Made by a program: the position numbers and the translations under genes. Shown here piece after piece: positions 16,174 through 24,891 of a stretch of DNA of 38,007 bases. The notes under the pieces are model-generated. The model saw nothing but the letters and a program-made list of their open reading frames with translations. It was not told the DNA's origin and did not search any database. Position 1 is the first letter of the stretch; every line of letters begins with the position of its first letter. Source of the DNA: an uncultured Bdellovibrionales bacterium (GTDB lineage: Bacteria > Patescibacteriota > Minisyncoccia > Moranbacterales > UBA9337); NCBI GenBank assembly GCA_964603325.1, contig CAZRUH010000002.1:2959-40965 (forward strand). Direction: 5' to 3'.

Positions 16174-18861
16174 ATGATAAAAGAAAAACTGCCAAAACAA
16201 TACAATCCAAAAAAAACCGAAAATTATATTTACAAAAAATGGGAAAATTCCGGATATTTTAATCCCGACAATTTAAATTTATCCAAAAATGCTCCTTCTT
16301 ATACAATTGTTCTTCCTCCGCCAAACATTACCGACAAACTTCATTTGGGACACTCTTCAATGCTGGCAATAGAAGATTTGTTAATTCGCTTTCACAGAAT
16401 GAAGGGATATAAAACTCTGTGGATTCCCGGAACTGATCACGCAGCTATTGCCACTCAAAATGTGGTGGAAAAAAAGATTTTAAAAGAAACCGGAAAAACC
16501 AGACACGATCTGGGCAGAGAAAAATTTCTAAAAGAAGTTTGGGATTTTTTAAAAACCACCCAAACTACAATTCTAAAACAAACTCGCAAAATGGGAGCCA
16601 GTCTTGATTGGTCAAGGGAAGCATTTACCCTTGATAAACAAAGACAAAAAGCGGTAGCTCAAATGTTTTCCGAGATGTATAAAGAGGGTGTCATTTATCA
16701 AGGGGAAAGAATTGTTAACTGGTGTCCTCGTTGCCATTCTACTTTAGCAGATGATGAGGTTGAACATCAGAAACAAAAAGCGAAATTTTACACTTTTAAA
16801 TATTGGAAAGGCTTTCCCATTTCCATATCAACCACCAGACCGGAAACAAAACTTGGAGATACTGCCGTAGCTGTCAATCCCGGAGATAGGCGCTATCAAA
16901 AATATATCGGAAAAATTTTTAATGGAAAATTTTGCGGATTATCATTAAAAATTAAAATTATTTCTGACCGAGAGGTTGATATGAATTTGGGAACCGGAGC
17001 CCTTGGTGTTACTCCGGCACATTCTATAACCGACTGGAAGATGGCTGAAAAAAATAATTTGGAAATCAAAAAAGTAATCAATGGGGATGGAAAAATCTAT
17101 TCGGAATTTAAAGATTTTTCCGGATTGACCACTAAGAAGGCCAGGGAATTGGTTATTGAAAAATTAAAAAAAGATAATTTGTTGGAAAAAGAAGAAGAAA
17201 TTGAAAACTCTCTATCCGTTTGTTATCGTTGCGGTACTGCCATTGAACCATTGCCATCTAAACAATGGTTTGTTTCCGTTGATAAAAAAATTAAGCGCTT
17301 ACACAATAAGTCATTAAAAGATAAGGCTATTGAAGTTGCCACCAATAAACAAATATCATTCATTCCTTCTCGCTTCAAAAAAAAGTATATCAATTGGATG
17401 GAGAATCTTCACGACTGGTGTATTTCCAGACAAATTTGGTTTGGGCATCGCATTCCCGTGTGGTATAAAAAAAATAAAAGCAATCATTTAGCAAAAAAAG
17501 AAATTTATGTCGGAATCAAACCGCCAAAAAATATCCAAAATTGGAAACAAGATGAAGATGTTTTGGACACATGGTTTTCTTCCGGAATGTGGACCTTTTC
17601 TACGCTGGGTTGGCCTGATAATTTTAAAAATGGAAAAAAATACGGTGATTTAAATAATTTTCATCCCACTCAAGTTTTAGAAACCGGTTATGAAATTTTA
17701 ACTCTCTGGGTTTCCAGAATGATTATGATGAGCTTGTTTGCTGTTGGGGAAATACCTTTTGAAAATGTTTATTTACATGGAATGGTTTTGGATGAACATG
17801 GAAAAAAAATGAGCAAATCAAAAGGAAACGGCATTGACCCCATTGAAGTAATTGACAAATTTGGCACCGATGCCGTTCGTTTATCGTTATTAATCGGCAA
17901 CACTCCCGGAAATGATTTGCGTATCAATGAAAAAAAAATTGAAGGCTATAGAAATTTTATAAACAAATTGTGGAATATAAATAGATATATTTTGTCAACG
18001 GTTGATTTTAACGGAAAAAAAACACCCGATGATAAAACTGGTCTTAATTTAACAATATCGGATATATGGATTTTAAATAAAATGAAATCAACCATTATTC
18101 AAACAACTTCCGATATTAAAAACTACAAATTTTCTCAAGCCGGGGAAAGATTATATAATTTTACTTATAGAGATTTTGCAGACTGGTATTTGGAAATCAG
18201 TAAATTTGAAAAAAATAAAAAGGAAAAAAATATCATTTTAGAAATTATTCTCAAGGATTTGTTGAAACTTTGGCACCCATTTATTCCATTTATCACTGAA
18301 ACCATTTGGGAACAAATCAGTGATAATGATGACTTGTTGATGATTTCTTCGTGGCCAAAAACAAAAAAATACTCCTTATTATTAAAAAATAAAACCAACT
18401 ATAATTATTTTGAAATAATACAAAAAACAATTATTGCCATCAGAAATGCTCGCGCTGAAAACAAAATAAATCCCACCGAAAAAATTGATGCTGTTCTGTA
18501 TTCAAAAAAACATTTTGATACTCTGACAAACTCAAGCATTTTGCTAAAAAAATTAAGAACGGGAATTAAGAGTGTAGAAATAAAAAGAACGGGACAAAAA
18601 ATTAACAATGCCATATACATAAAAGAAAATGATATTGATATTTATTTGATTATAAATATCAATAAAGAGAAAGAAATTGAAAGAGTTGTCAAAGAGTTGT
18701 CAAACCTTAAAAACTATACAAACATTTTAAAAAAGAAATTGTCCAACAAAAACTTTATAAAAAAAGCGCCCAAACAAATTGTTAACAATGAGAAAAATAA
18801 TTTATTAAAGTCAAAAGAAAAAATAACCAAACTTGAAAAATACCTAAAAAACCTAGAGTAA
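16174..18861 (+). CDS. valS: valine--tRNA ligase
   Basis: 895 aa with a HIGH-type motif (PNITDKLHLGH), KMSKS (KMSKSKGN), an editing domain and a C-terminal coiled coil. Confidence 0.97.
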   Translation: MIKEKLPKQYNPKKTENYIYKKWENSGYFNPDNLNLSKNAPSYTIVLPPPNITDKLHLGHSSMLAIEDLLIRFHRMKGYKTLWIPGTDHAAIATQNVVEKKILKETGKTRHDLGREKFLKEVWDFLKTTQTTILKQTRKMGASLDWSREAFTLDKQRQKAVAQMFSEMYKEGVIYQGERIVNWCPRCHSTLADDEVEHQKQKAKFYTFKYWKGFPISISTTRPETKLGDTAVAVNPGDRRYQKYIGKIFNGKFCGLSLKIKIISDREVDMNLGTGALGVTPAHSITDWKMAEKNNLEIKKVINGDGKIYSEFKDFSGLTTKKARELVIEKLKKDNLLEKEEEIENSLSVCYRCGTAIEPLPSKQWFVSVDKKIKRLHNKSLKDKAIEVATNKQISFIPSRFKKKYINWMENLHDWCISRQIWFGHRIPVWYKKNKSNHLAKKEIYVGIKPPKNIQNWKQDEDVLDTWFSSGMWTFSTLGWPDNFKNGKKYGDLNNFHPTQVLETGYEILTLWVSRMIMMSLFAVGEIPFENVYLHGMVLDEHGKKMSKSKGNGIDPIEVIDKFGTDAVRLSLLIGNTPGNDLRINEKKIEGYRNFINKLWNINRYILSTVDFNGKKTPDDKTGLNLTISDIWILNKMKSTIIQTTSDIKNYKFSQAGERLYNFTYRDFADWYLEISKFEKNKKEKNIILEIILKDLLKLWHPFIPFITETIWEQISDNDDLLMISSWPKTKKYSLLLKNKTNYNYFEIIQKTIIAIRNARAENKINPTEKIDAVLYSKKHFDTLTNSSILLKKLRTGIKSVEIKRTGQKINNAIYIKENDIDIYLIININKEKEIERVVKELSNLKNYTNILKKKLSNKNFIKKAPKQIVNNEKNNLLKSKEKITKLEKYLKNLE

Positions 18862-18866
18862 ACCGA

Positions 18867-19445
18867 ATGTTTTTAATTAAAACCATTTTAATTTATGCAC
18901 AATCTTTTTTTTGGGGAATAATTTCTGCCGGATTGGCTTTGGTTTTTCAAGTTTTTGCAACTATATTTACGGGAAACATTAATTTAAATATTTTGTCCAT
19001 TTCCTCAATATTTTTTTTGGTTTTAATTGTTTTTCTTGAAGAAATATTTAAATATTTTGTTATTTTAAAAAAAATAATTCATTTATCTGTTAACAAAATA
19101 AATACCCTTGTGCTTGCTTGGTTATTTGGAACAGGTTTTTCATTTTTTGAATTATTGATACTTATTCAAAAAAATATCAATTTAAACAAAATAAACCTTG
19201 CGGAAATATTTTTGTTGCATATATTAACATCCGGTATTTTTGGGTATTTTATTATCACAAAAAAAAGCCCAAGAAAAAATGTTTTATTCTTCGCCTTTCC
19301 TTTTTTCACTCACATTTTTTATAATTTTGCTTCTTTATATATAAATTATAAAGTGTTTTATTTGAAATTATCAATTATATCGTTTTTGTTATTGGTTAAT
19401 TTTTTATTATTTTCATTGTTAATAAAAAAACTTGCCCAAGAATAG
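18867..19445 (+). CDS. PrsW-like intramembrane protease family membrane protein (putative)
   Basis: 192 aa, polytopic. Motifs in family order: LEEIFKY (EExxK), GTGFSFFELL (FxxxE), LHILTSGIFGY, THIFYNF (HxxxN). It starts 5 nt after the valS stop. Confidence 0.55.
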   Translation: MFLIKTILIYAQSFFWGIISAGLALVFQVFATIFTGNINLNILSISSIFFLVLIVFLEEIFKYFVILKKIIHLSVNKINTLVLAWLFGTGFSFFELLILIQKNINLNKINLAEIFLLHILTSGIFGYFIITKKSPRKNVLFFAFPFFTHIFYNFASLYINYKVFYLKLSIISFLLLVNFLLFSLLIKKLAQE

Positions 19446-19460
19446 CAAGTGTTTTATAAT
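19432..19460 (+). promoter_or_regulatory. sigma70-type promoter (TTGCCC-17nt-TATAAT) for hsp20
   Basis: TTGCCC at 19432-19437, 17-nt spacer, TATAAT at 19455-19460. It overlaps the 3' end of the upstream CDS. Confidence 0.55.
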
Positions 19461-19486
19461 AGTAATATAAAAATGAAAATAAACAA

Positions 19487-19522
19487 CATGTGTTGCGCTT
19501 AAGTGATTGGGCGCAACGTGTG
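19487..19522 (+). promoter_or_regulatory. GC-rich hairpin / inverted repeat in the hsp20 5' leader
   Basis: GTTGCGC (19492-19498)-12nt-GCGCAAC (19511-19517). In RNA it is extendable by G-U pairs and two Watson-Crick pairs to about 12 bp. It lies between the predicted TSS and the first ATG (19532). Confidence 0.35.
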
Positions 19523-19531
19523 AAATTATGT

Positions 19532-20089
19532 ATGACAAAACAAAAAAAATCATTTATGGAAAAACTAATAGGATCAAAAAGGGAAGATGTTTCCGTTGAA
19601 GAACCGACAACAAACTCTGTAAGCATGAATGTATCGTCCGATGATAAAGCCACCGACATAGATGTTCCCCAAACCCCTCAAGCGGAAATGTCCACTCAAA
19701 TAAATGATATTCCTTCTACCAATGAGGGTGATTGGTCAACTTCAGACGAAGAAAGTGGTGAGGGTCAATTAACCATAGATGTTTATCAAACTGATGATGA
19801 CATAATTATAAAATCAACTATTGCCGGCGTTAATCCGGAAGATTTGGATGTTTCCATAAATAACGATATGATAACCATCAAAGGTGAGCGAAAATTTGAA
19901 GATGAAGTAAGCGAAGATAATTTCTACTACCAAGAATGCTATTGGGGAAGTTTTTCTCGCTCAGTTGTTCTACCCGTTGATGTTGTTGCGGAAAAAATTG
20001 AAGCATCTTTAAAAAACGGAATTCTTACCATTAAACTTCCCAAAGCGGATACTAATAGGACAAAAAAAATTAAAGTTCGCGGATTTTAA
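19532..20089 (+). CDS. Hsp20/alpha-crystallin small heat-shock protein with acidic N-terminal extension
   Basis: C-terminal alpha-crystallin domain: GQLTIDVYQTDDDIIIKSTIAGVNPEDLDVSINNDMITIKGER...SFSRSVVLPVDV...ASLKNGILTIKLPK. The track ORF begins at GTG 19490, inside the leader hairpin, so I prefer the first ATG at 19532. Confidence 0.85.
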   Translation: MTKQKKSFMEKLIGSKREDVSVEEPTTNSVSMNVSSDDKATDIDVPQTPQAEMSTQINDIPSTNEGDWSTSDEESGEGQLTIDVYQTDDDIIIKSTIAGVNPEDLDVSINNDMITIKGERKFEDEVSEDNFYYQECYWGSFSRSVVLPVDVVAEKIEASLKNGILTIKLPKADTNRTKKIKVRGF

Positions 20090-20116
20090 TTATAATTAAA
20101 ATCTTTTTTAAATTAA

Positions 20117-20147
20117 AACAAGCCGGCGAATTACAGGCTTGTTTTTT
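20117..20147. terminator. bidirectional rho-independent terminator between convergent hsp20 and hypD
   Basis: AACAAGCC (20117-20124)-11nt-GGCTTGTT (20136-20143). It is flanked by an A-run upstream and a T-run downstream. Confidence 0.75.
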
Positions 20148-20230
20148 GCAGTGTCTCAAAATCCGAAAATTGGTTAGATAAATATAGTAGGACGAAATTG
20201 GTTAAGCGAACGAACTTAGAATAACAAATT

Positions 20231-21262
20231 TTACTCAAACTGACTCTTAAAAATCACATTGCAAGCTCCTTCAACTGAAACCATACATGGGCCAATGGGA
20301 TTTTCCGGCACACATTTTTTACCAAACATCGGACATTGCTTTGGTGTTTTTAAACCACGAATAATTTCTCCGCAACTGCAACCAATCGGTTCCTTTGATT
20401 TGGAAAAATCAACTTTGTTTAAAATATCTTTATAAATTATTTTTGCATCTTGCCGAGCATATTTTTTTTTCAACTCCAAACCGGAACCCGGAATATCTCC
20501 AAATCCTCGCCAGTTTCCACTATTAACTTCAAAAACATCAAAAATTATTTTTCTCGCTTTTAAATTTCCTCCTGTTTCAACAACCCTATCATATTGATTT
20601 TCAACATCTTTTCGATTTTCCGCAATTTGTTTAAGCAACAAATAAATTCCCTCCAGAACATCTTTTGCTTCAAATCCCGCAATAACTTGGGCTACTTTCA
20701 TTGACTTATACACATTTACTCCAACAATAGCACTCACATGTCCGGGATTAATGAAGCCATCAATTTTAATTTCACCGATTTTTAATAAAGCTTCCATTGC
20801 CGGCAAAAAAAGTTTATGAGCAGAATAAATATTCAAACCTTTTTTAACCGCATAAGCCGTCATCGGAGTTGTTGTGTCAAAACCAATTCCGAAAAAAACT
20901 AATTTTGAAAAATTTTTTTGTATTTTCAAAGCATCTTCCACGGAGTAAACATCAAAAACCTTAGCGCCCTTTTCACGAGCGTCATTTAAACTTCCAAATA
21001 CTCCCGGAACTCTCAAAACATCACCATAAGTTGCTATGGGAATTCCGGACAATGCCAAACTGACAATTGCATCAACGTCTTTTTGTGCCGTTACGCAAAC
21101 CGGACAACCGGGACCGGTTATCAAGTTTACATTTTCCGGCAAAATATTTCTAATTCCAAACCGACTGATTGCCTGAGTGTGTGTTCCGCAAACTTCCATT
21201 AGGTTTATGTTCCGCCCAATTTTTTTCGCCACCGTTTTAATATTTTTTAACGTTTTTTGCAT
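20231..21262 (-). CDS. hypD: [NiFe]-hydrogenase maturation factor HypD
   Basis: 343 aa: CGTHT, GPGCPVCV, GIGFDTTTP, NPGHVSAIVG, and the C-terminal Cys cluster CSCGEIIRG...CPMFGKKCVPENPIGPCMVSVEGAC. Confidence 0.9.
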   Translation of the reverse strand: MQKTLKNIKTVAKKIGRNINLMEVCGTHTQAISRFGIRNILPENVNLITGPGCPVCVTAQKDVDAIVSLALSGIPIATYGDVLRVPGVFGSLNDAREKGAKVFDVYSVEDALKIQKNFSKLVFFGIGFDTTTPMTAYAVKKGLNIYSAHKLFLPAMEALLKIGEIKIDGFINPGHVSAIVGVNVYKSMKVAQVIAGFEAKDVLEGIYLLLKQIAENRKDVENQYDRVVETGGNLKARKIIFDVFEVNSGNWRGFGDIPGSGLELKKKYARQDAKIIYKDILNKVDFSKSKEPIGCSCGEIIRGLKTPKQCPMFGKKCVPENPIGPCMVSVEGACNVIFKSQFE

Positions 21263-21327
21263 AAAACTGTTTCTGCTTTTTTAAATTACCAAAGTTGCAA
21301 TATTTTTAACAATTTTACTTTCCACCA

Positions 21328-21552
21328 TTATTTTTTAATATTTTTGGTTTCTTCATTTTTGTATTCAAGTATTTTTTTTGCTTCTTTTTTGTTTATTTTT
21401 TCAATCGCAAAACCTGCATGAATAATGACAAATTCTCCAATCTTAATATCTGAGATCAATGAAATATTGACTTCTTTTTTTATGCCATTAAAATCAACTA
21501 TGGCATGATTATTTTTGATTGATTTTATCTTTCCCGGAAAGGCTAAGCACAT
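21328..21552 (-). CDS. hypC: hydrogenase maturation chaperone HypC/HupF family
   Basis: The sequence MCLAFPGKIKSI...VDFNG...VNISL...GEFVIIHAGFAIEKI is typical of HypC. The family needs Cys at position 2, so I chose the ATG at 21552 rather than the track start at 21561. Confidence 0.85.
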   Translation of the reverse strand: MCLAFPGKIKSIKNNHAIVDFNGIKKEVNISLISDIKIGEFVIIHAGFAIEKINKKEAKKILEYKNEETKNIKK

Positions 21553-21557
21553 ATGTT

Positions 21558-22271
21558 TCATTTGTTAAAAAATTTTTTAATTTTATCTTTGTTAATAATT
21601 TCATCATCAAGTTTAGCCAACTCACTCTCCATTTTTTCTTTTGATACGCTTCCCTTTTCAAGTTCACTAAAAAACTTAAAGTAGGGAAGTTTTTTGCCTC
21701 CTGTTGGAAAATGGCGACGTTGCTTTTTAATAAAGAAAAATTTTTCAAATCTTTGCAAATAACCGTTTTCCGAACATAATTCCAAAATAAGTTTATTTTC
21801 ATCATCACAAAGTTCGTCAATATAATAAGTGGCGACATTTTCATTGGTTTCTCTTTTTATATAATCATCAATAACTCTTCTGGTGGCGGATTCGGCATTA
21901 AAAATCTTTTTCTGCACTTTTTCGTTATCACTATCAATATTTTCCGCAACCCAAACTATTCTATTTAACACATTTAGGACGGAGTTTCCCAAAACATCTC
22001 TGATGCTACCGTAATCAATAACTAAAATATCTTTTTCGTCAATAATTTTTTTCATTCTTTCCAGAAGAATTGGTATTTTTTTGTCTATATACAATCTCAG
22101 TTTTTCAAAGTCAACATTTAAAAGTTTTTCCGTTTCTAAAATCGTTTTTTCCGAAAGATTATCCAATCTATTTAAAATTTGAAAATACTCTTTCTCAACA
22201 AAGTCTAAAAATCTTTCAAATTTTTCTTTGTTATTCTCTTTACGCGTAAATTCGTTGATTATTTCTATCAT
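21558..22271 (-). CDS. hypothetical protein, no recognised domain
   Basis: 237-aa ORF wedged between manC (11-nt gap) and hypC. Its TGA stop at 21560-21558 overlaps the upstream alternative hypC ATG. Predicted mostly helical and charged. Confidence 0.6.
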   Translation of the reverse strand: MIEIINEFTRKENNKEKFERFLDFVEKEYFQILNRLDNLSEKTILETEKLLNVDFEKLRLYIDKKIPILLERMKKIIDEKDILVIDYGSIRDVLGNSVLNVLNRIVWVAENIDSDNEKVQKKIFNAESATRRVIDDYIKRETNENVATYYIDELCDDENKLILELCSENGYLQRFEKFFFIKKQRRHFPTGGKKLPYFKFFSELEKGSVSKEKMESELAKLDDEIINKDKIKKFFNK

Positions 22272-22282
22272 ATATCCAAAAG

Positions 22283-23701
22283 TTAAAATTCTATCACATC
22301 ATCGGCACCCAGATAATTACCTGTTTGAACTTCAATAATTTCCAGGTTTATTTTTCCGGGATTTTTTATTTGATGCTTTACAGATGGAGGAATAAAAACA
22401 CTCTCATTGGCAACTAAAATCTTTTTGTTTCTTTTGTAAATAACTTCTGCTGTTCCTTTTACAACAACCCAGTGCTCCGCCCTATGATAATGCATTTGCA
22501 ATTTTATCTTTTTTCCGGGATATATTGTCACCTTTCTGACTTTATGTCTTCGTCCATCTATCAAAACCTCATACTTACCCCAAGGACTGTGCACTATCAC
22601 ATTATGGTCTATTTCTTTGTAGTTATTCTTTTTTAATAATTCAACAATATCTTTTACTTTTTCAGATTGACCTCTTTTTTGAATTAATATACTGTCATTA
22701 TTTTCAACAACAATCAAATCTCTTACACCCATTGTGGCAATTAGTTTATTGGTAGTGCTGTGTATAAAAACATTATTACTGTCCACCTTTATGTGTTTCT
22801 TATTTTTATCTTCTTTTTTCAACAAAACTTCCGCCAGATTATCAAAAGATCCAATATCACTCCAACCAAAATCACCCTCAAAAACAACCACTTTTTTGGA
22901 TTTTTCCGACAAAGCGTAGTCTATTGAAATATTTGGCATTTTTCTAAAATTTTTTATGAAAACATCATAATTGTTTTTTAAGTTTTCAAATATTACCGGA
23001 GAATATTTTTTTATTTCATCAAAAAATGTTTTACAATTAAAAACATACATTCCGGCATTCCACAGATAATCTCCCGATTTCACATATTTTTCCGCTGTTT
23101 TTTTGTCCGGTTTTTCTTTAAATTCCAAAACCTTATTAACCGTAACACTCTTTTTTTTGTTTATTTTTTTGTTTTTTCTATCTTTTGCTTGCAACTTATT
23201 CTTTTTGCCGTTTGTCATTTTTTTAATGTATCCATATCCGGTCTCCGCTCCCACAGGAGTAATTCCTATTGTTCCTATGTTATTATTATTTTTAGTTAAC
23301 GCATCTTTAACAACTTTCAAATATTTTTTTTGATTGGTTATATAATGATCCGCCGGCAGAAAAATTATTTGCTTTGATTGGTCAATTTTTATTTTATCTT
23401 TTAAATATTTAACTGATAACGCAATTGCCGGAGCGGTGTTTCGTTTTTCCGGCTCTTCTAAAAACCTATCCTCGGAAAAATTTGGATAAACCTCTCTTAT
23501 TTGATTAACAACATTATAAAAATCACTCTTGTTAGCAACAAAAAAAATATTGTTTTTAGGAATTATTTTTGAGATACGCAAAAAAGTTTCTTGCAAAAGA
23601 GATTTATTGCTGTAAAGTTTTAAAAATTGTTTAGGATAATTCTTTCTACTTAACGGCCACAACCTTGTTCCGGATCCTCCACATAAAATTACACTATACA
23701 T
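22283..23701 (-). CDS. manC: mannose-1-phosphate guanylyltransferase / mannose-6-phosphate isomerase (type II, cupin C-terminus)
   Basis: 472 aa: ILCGGSGTRLWPLSR...FLPADH...EKPD...NAGMYVF...SIDYA. C-terminal cupin HYHRAEHWVVVKGTA. It contains a Lys-rich insertion (GKKNKLQAKDRKNKKINKKK). Confidence 0.88.
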   Translation of the reverse strand: MYSVILCGGSGTRLWPLSRKNYPKQFLKLYSNKSLLQETFLRISKIIPKNNIFFVANKSDFYNVVNQIREVYPNFSEDRFLEEPEKRNTAPAIALSVKYLKDKIKIDQSKQIIFLPADHYITNQKKYLKVVKDALTKNNNNIGTIGITPVGAETGYGYIKKMTNGKKNKLQAKDRKNKKINKKKSVTVNKVLEFKEKPDKKTAEKYVKSGDYLWNAGMYVFNCKTFFDEIKKYSPVIFENLKNNYDVFIKNFRKMPNISIDYALSEKSKKVVVFEGDFGWSDIGSFDNLAEVLLKKEDKNKKHIKVDSNNVFIHSTTNKLIATMGVRDLIVVENNDSILIQKRGQSEKVKDIVELLKKNNYKEIDHNVIVHSPWGKYEVLIDGRRHKVRKVTIYPGKKIKLQMHYHRAEHWVVVKGTAEVIYKRNKKILVANESVFIPPSVKHQIKNPGKINLEIIEVQTGNYLGADDVIEF

Positions 23702-23709
23702 AAAATTTT

Positions 23710-24885
23710 TTAGTCATTTTTAATAATATTGGCAATATTTCTGGCACAACCATCCCAAGAAAATCTTTCAATGTTTTTATACCCTAATTTTATTATATCA
23801 TTACGAGTTTTTTTGTCATTAATAATTTTAAGAGAAACTCGCGCTATTTCCTCCGGATTATTTGGATTAACTAAAAATGGTTTCATGTATCGTCCCACCA
23901 CTTCCGGTATGGAAGATTTGTCAGATGCCACTATGGGAACTCCCATTTTTTGGGATTCAAGAACCGGCAAACCGAAACCCTCGTAAAAACTTGGAAATAA
24001 AAACAAATCACTCTTACGCAATAAATATACTTTTTTATTTTGACTAATATATCCGGTTAAGAAAATATCATTTTTAATTTTACTGTTTTCTATTTGATCA
24101 ATAATTTTCGTATAACCATATCCAAACCCACCGGCCAAAATCAACTTGTGAGGAATATTGTGTTTTGTTTTTAAAATTTCAAAAGATTTAATAATGCCAA
24201 AAATATTTTTTCTTTCCTCTATTCTTCCAACAAAAAGAATATATTTGTGTTTTTTTATTATTATTTCCAAATCTTTCGATATTTTAGTTGTTTTATTATT
24301 TTTTTTCTCAAGAAGCACATTTCCTATTCCTTCATAAATAACTTTTATTTTATTTCTGGGGATATTATATAATCTTGTCAAATCTTTTTTTGTGTTTCCG
24401 GAAACCGCAACTATGTTAGTTGCCCACTGACAAGATTTTTTTATAGATTGACGCATATAAAATCTCTCCCACCGAGAATATGCTTTTGGCAAAAACTCAT
24501 ATTCCAATCCATGAATAACCACTATGGTTTTTGGCTTACGTTTATTTTTTTTAAGTTGATTGATTGTTTTTAATAAAAAATTATTTGGATGTATAACTGG
24601 AACGGTGTGTGCGGGAACAAATAAAACATCCACGGGATTTCTTATCATCTCCAAGGATAATCCAACCTGAGTCCATAATCTTGGGAAGTTTATAGTTCTC
24701 AGTTTCCATTTTTTGGGAATAGAAAAATCACAACACTTAAAAAAACTCTTATTCGGTCTCAAATATAGAACAACTTCAAAATTCTTTAATTCATTGCGCA
24801 AGTATTTAACAACTTGATAACAATATTCTTCTATGCCTGTTCTGTTTTTTAAAAAAGCGCGCGAAGCATCTATTCCAATTTTCAT
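23710..24885 (-). CDS. GT4-family (GT-B) glycosyltransferase
   Basis: 391 aa with the C-terminal signature FPSFYEGFGLPVLESQKMGVPIVAS (E-x7-E). Confidence 0.85.
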   Translation of the reverse strand: MKIGIDASRAFLKNRTGIEEYCYQVVKYLRNELKNFEVVLYLRPNKSFFKCCDFSIPKKWKLRTINFPRLWTQVGLSLEMIRNPVDVLFVPAHTVPVIHPNNFLLKTINQLKKNKRKPKTIVVIHGLEYEFLPKAYSRWERFYMRQSIKKSCQWATNIVAVSGNTKKDLTRLYNIPRNKIKVIYEGIGNVLLEKKNNKTTKISKDLEIIIKKHKYILFVGRIEERKNIFGIIKSFEILKTKHNIPHKLILAGGFGYGYTKIIDQIENSKIKNDIFLTGYISQNKKVYLLRKSDLFLFPSFYEGFGLPVLESQKMGVPIVASDKSSIPEVVGRYMKPFLVNPNNPEEIARVSLKIINDKKTRNDIIKLGYKNIERFSWDGCARNIANIIKND

Positions 24886-24891
24886 AAAAAT

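Noticed and set aside
19490-19531. GTG-initiated 14-codon extension of hsp20
   Set aside because: It would place the start codon inside the GC-rich hairpin about 23 nt from the predicted TSS. The first ATG at 19532 gives a protein with the same conserved domain. The choice remains uncertain.
20165-20215. Imperfect direct repeat cgaaaattggtta / cgaaattggttaa downstream of the hsp20 terminator
   Set aside because: The repeat is short and imperfect and lies in a convergent terminator zone with no promoter context. It is most likely chance.
21509-21844. 111-aa ORF overlapping hypC and the 237-aa hypothetical gene in another frame
   Set aside because: It overlaps two better-supported same-strand ORFs. 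Its sequence has no features, and it would break the compact operon layout.
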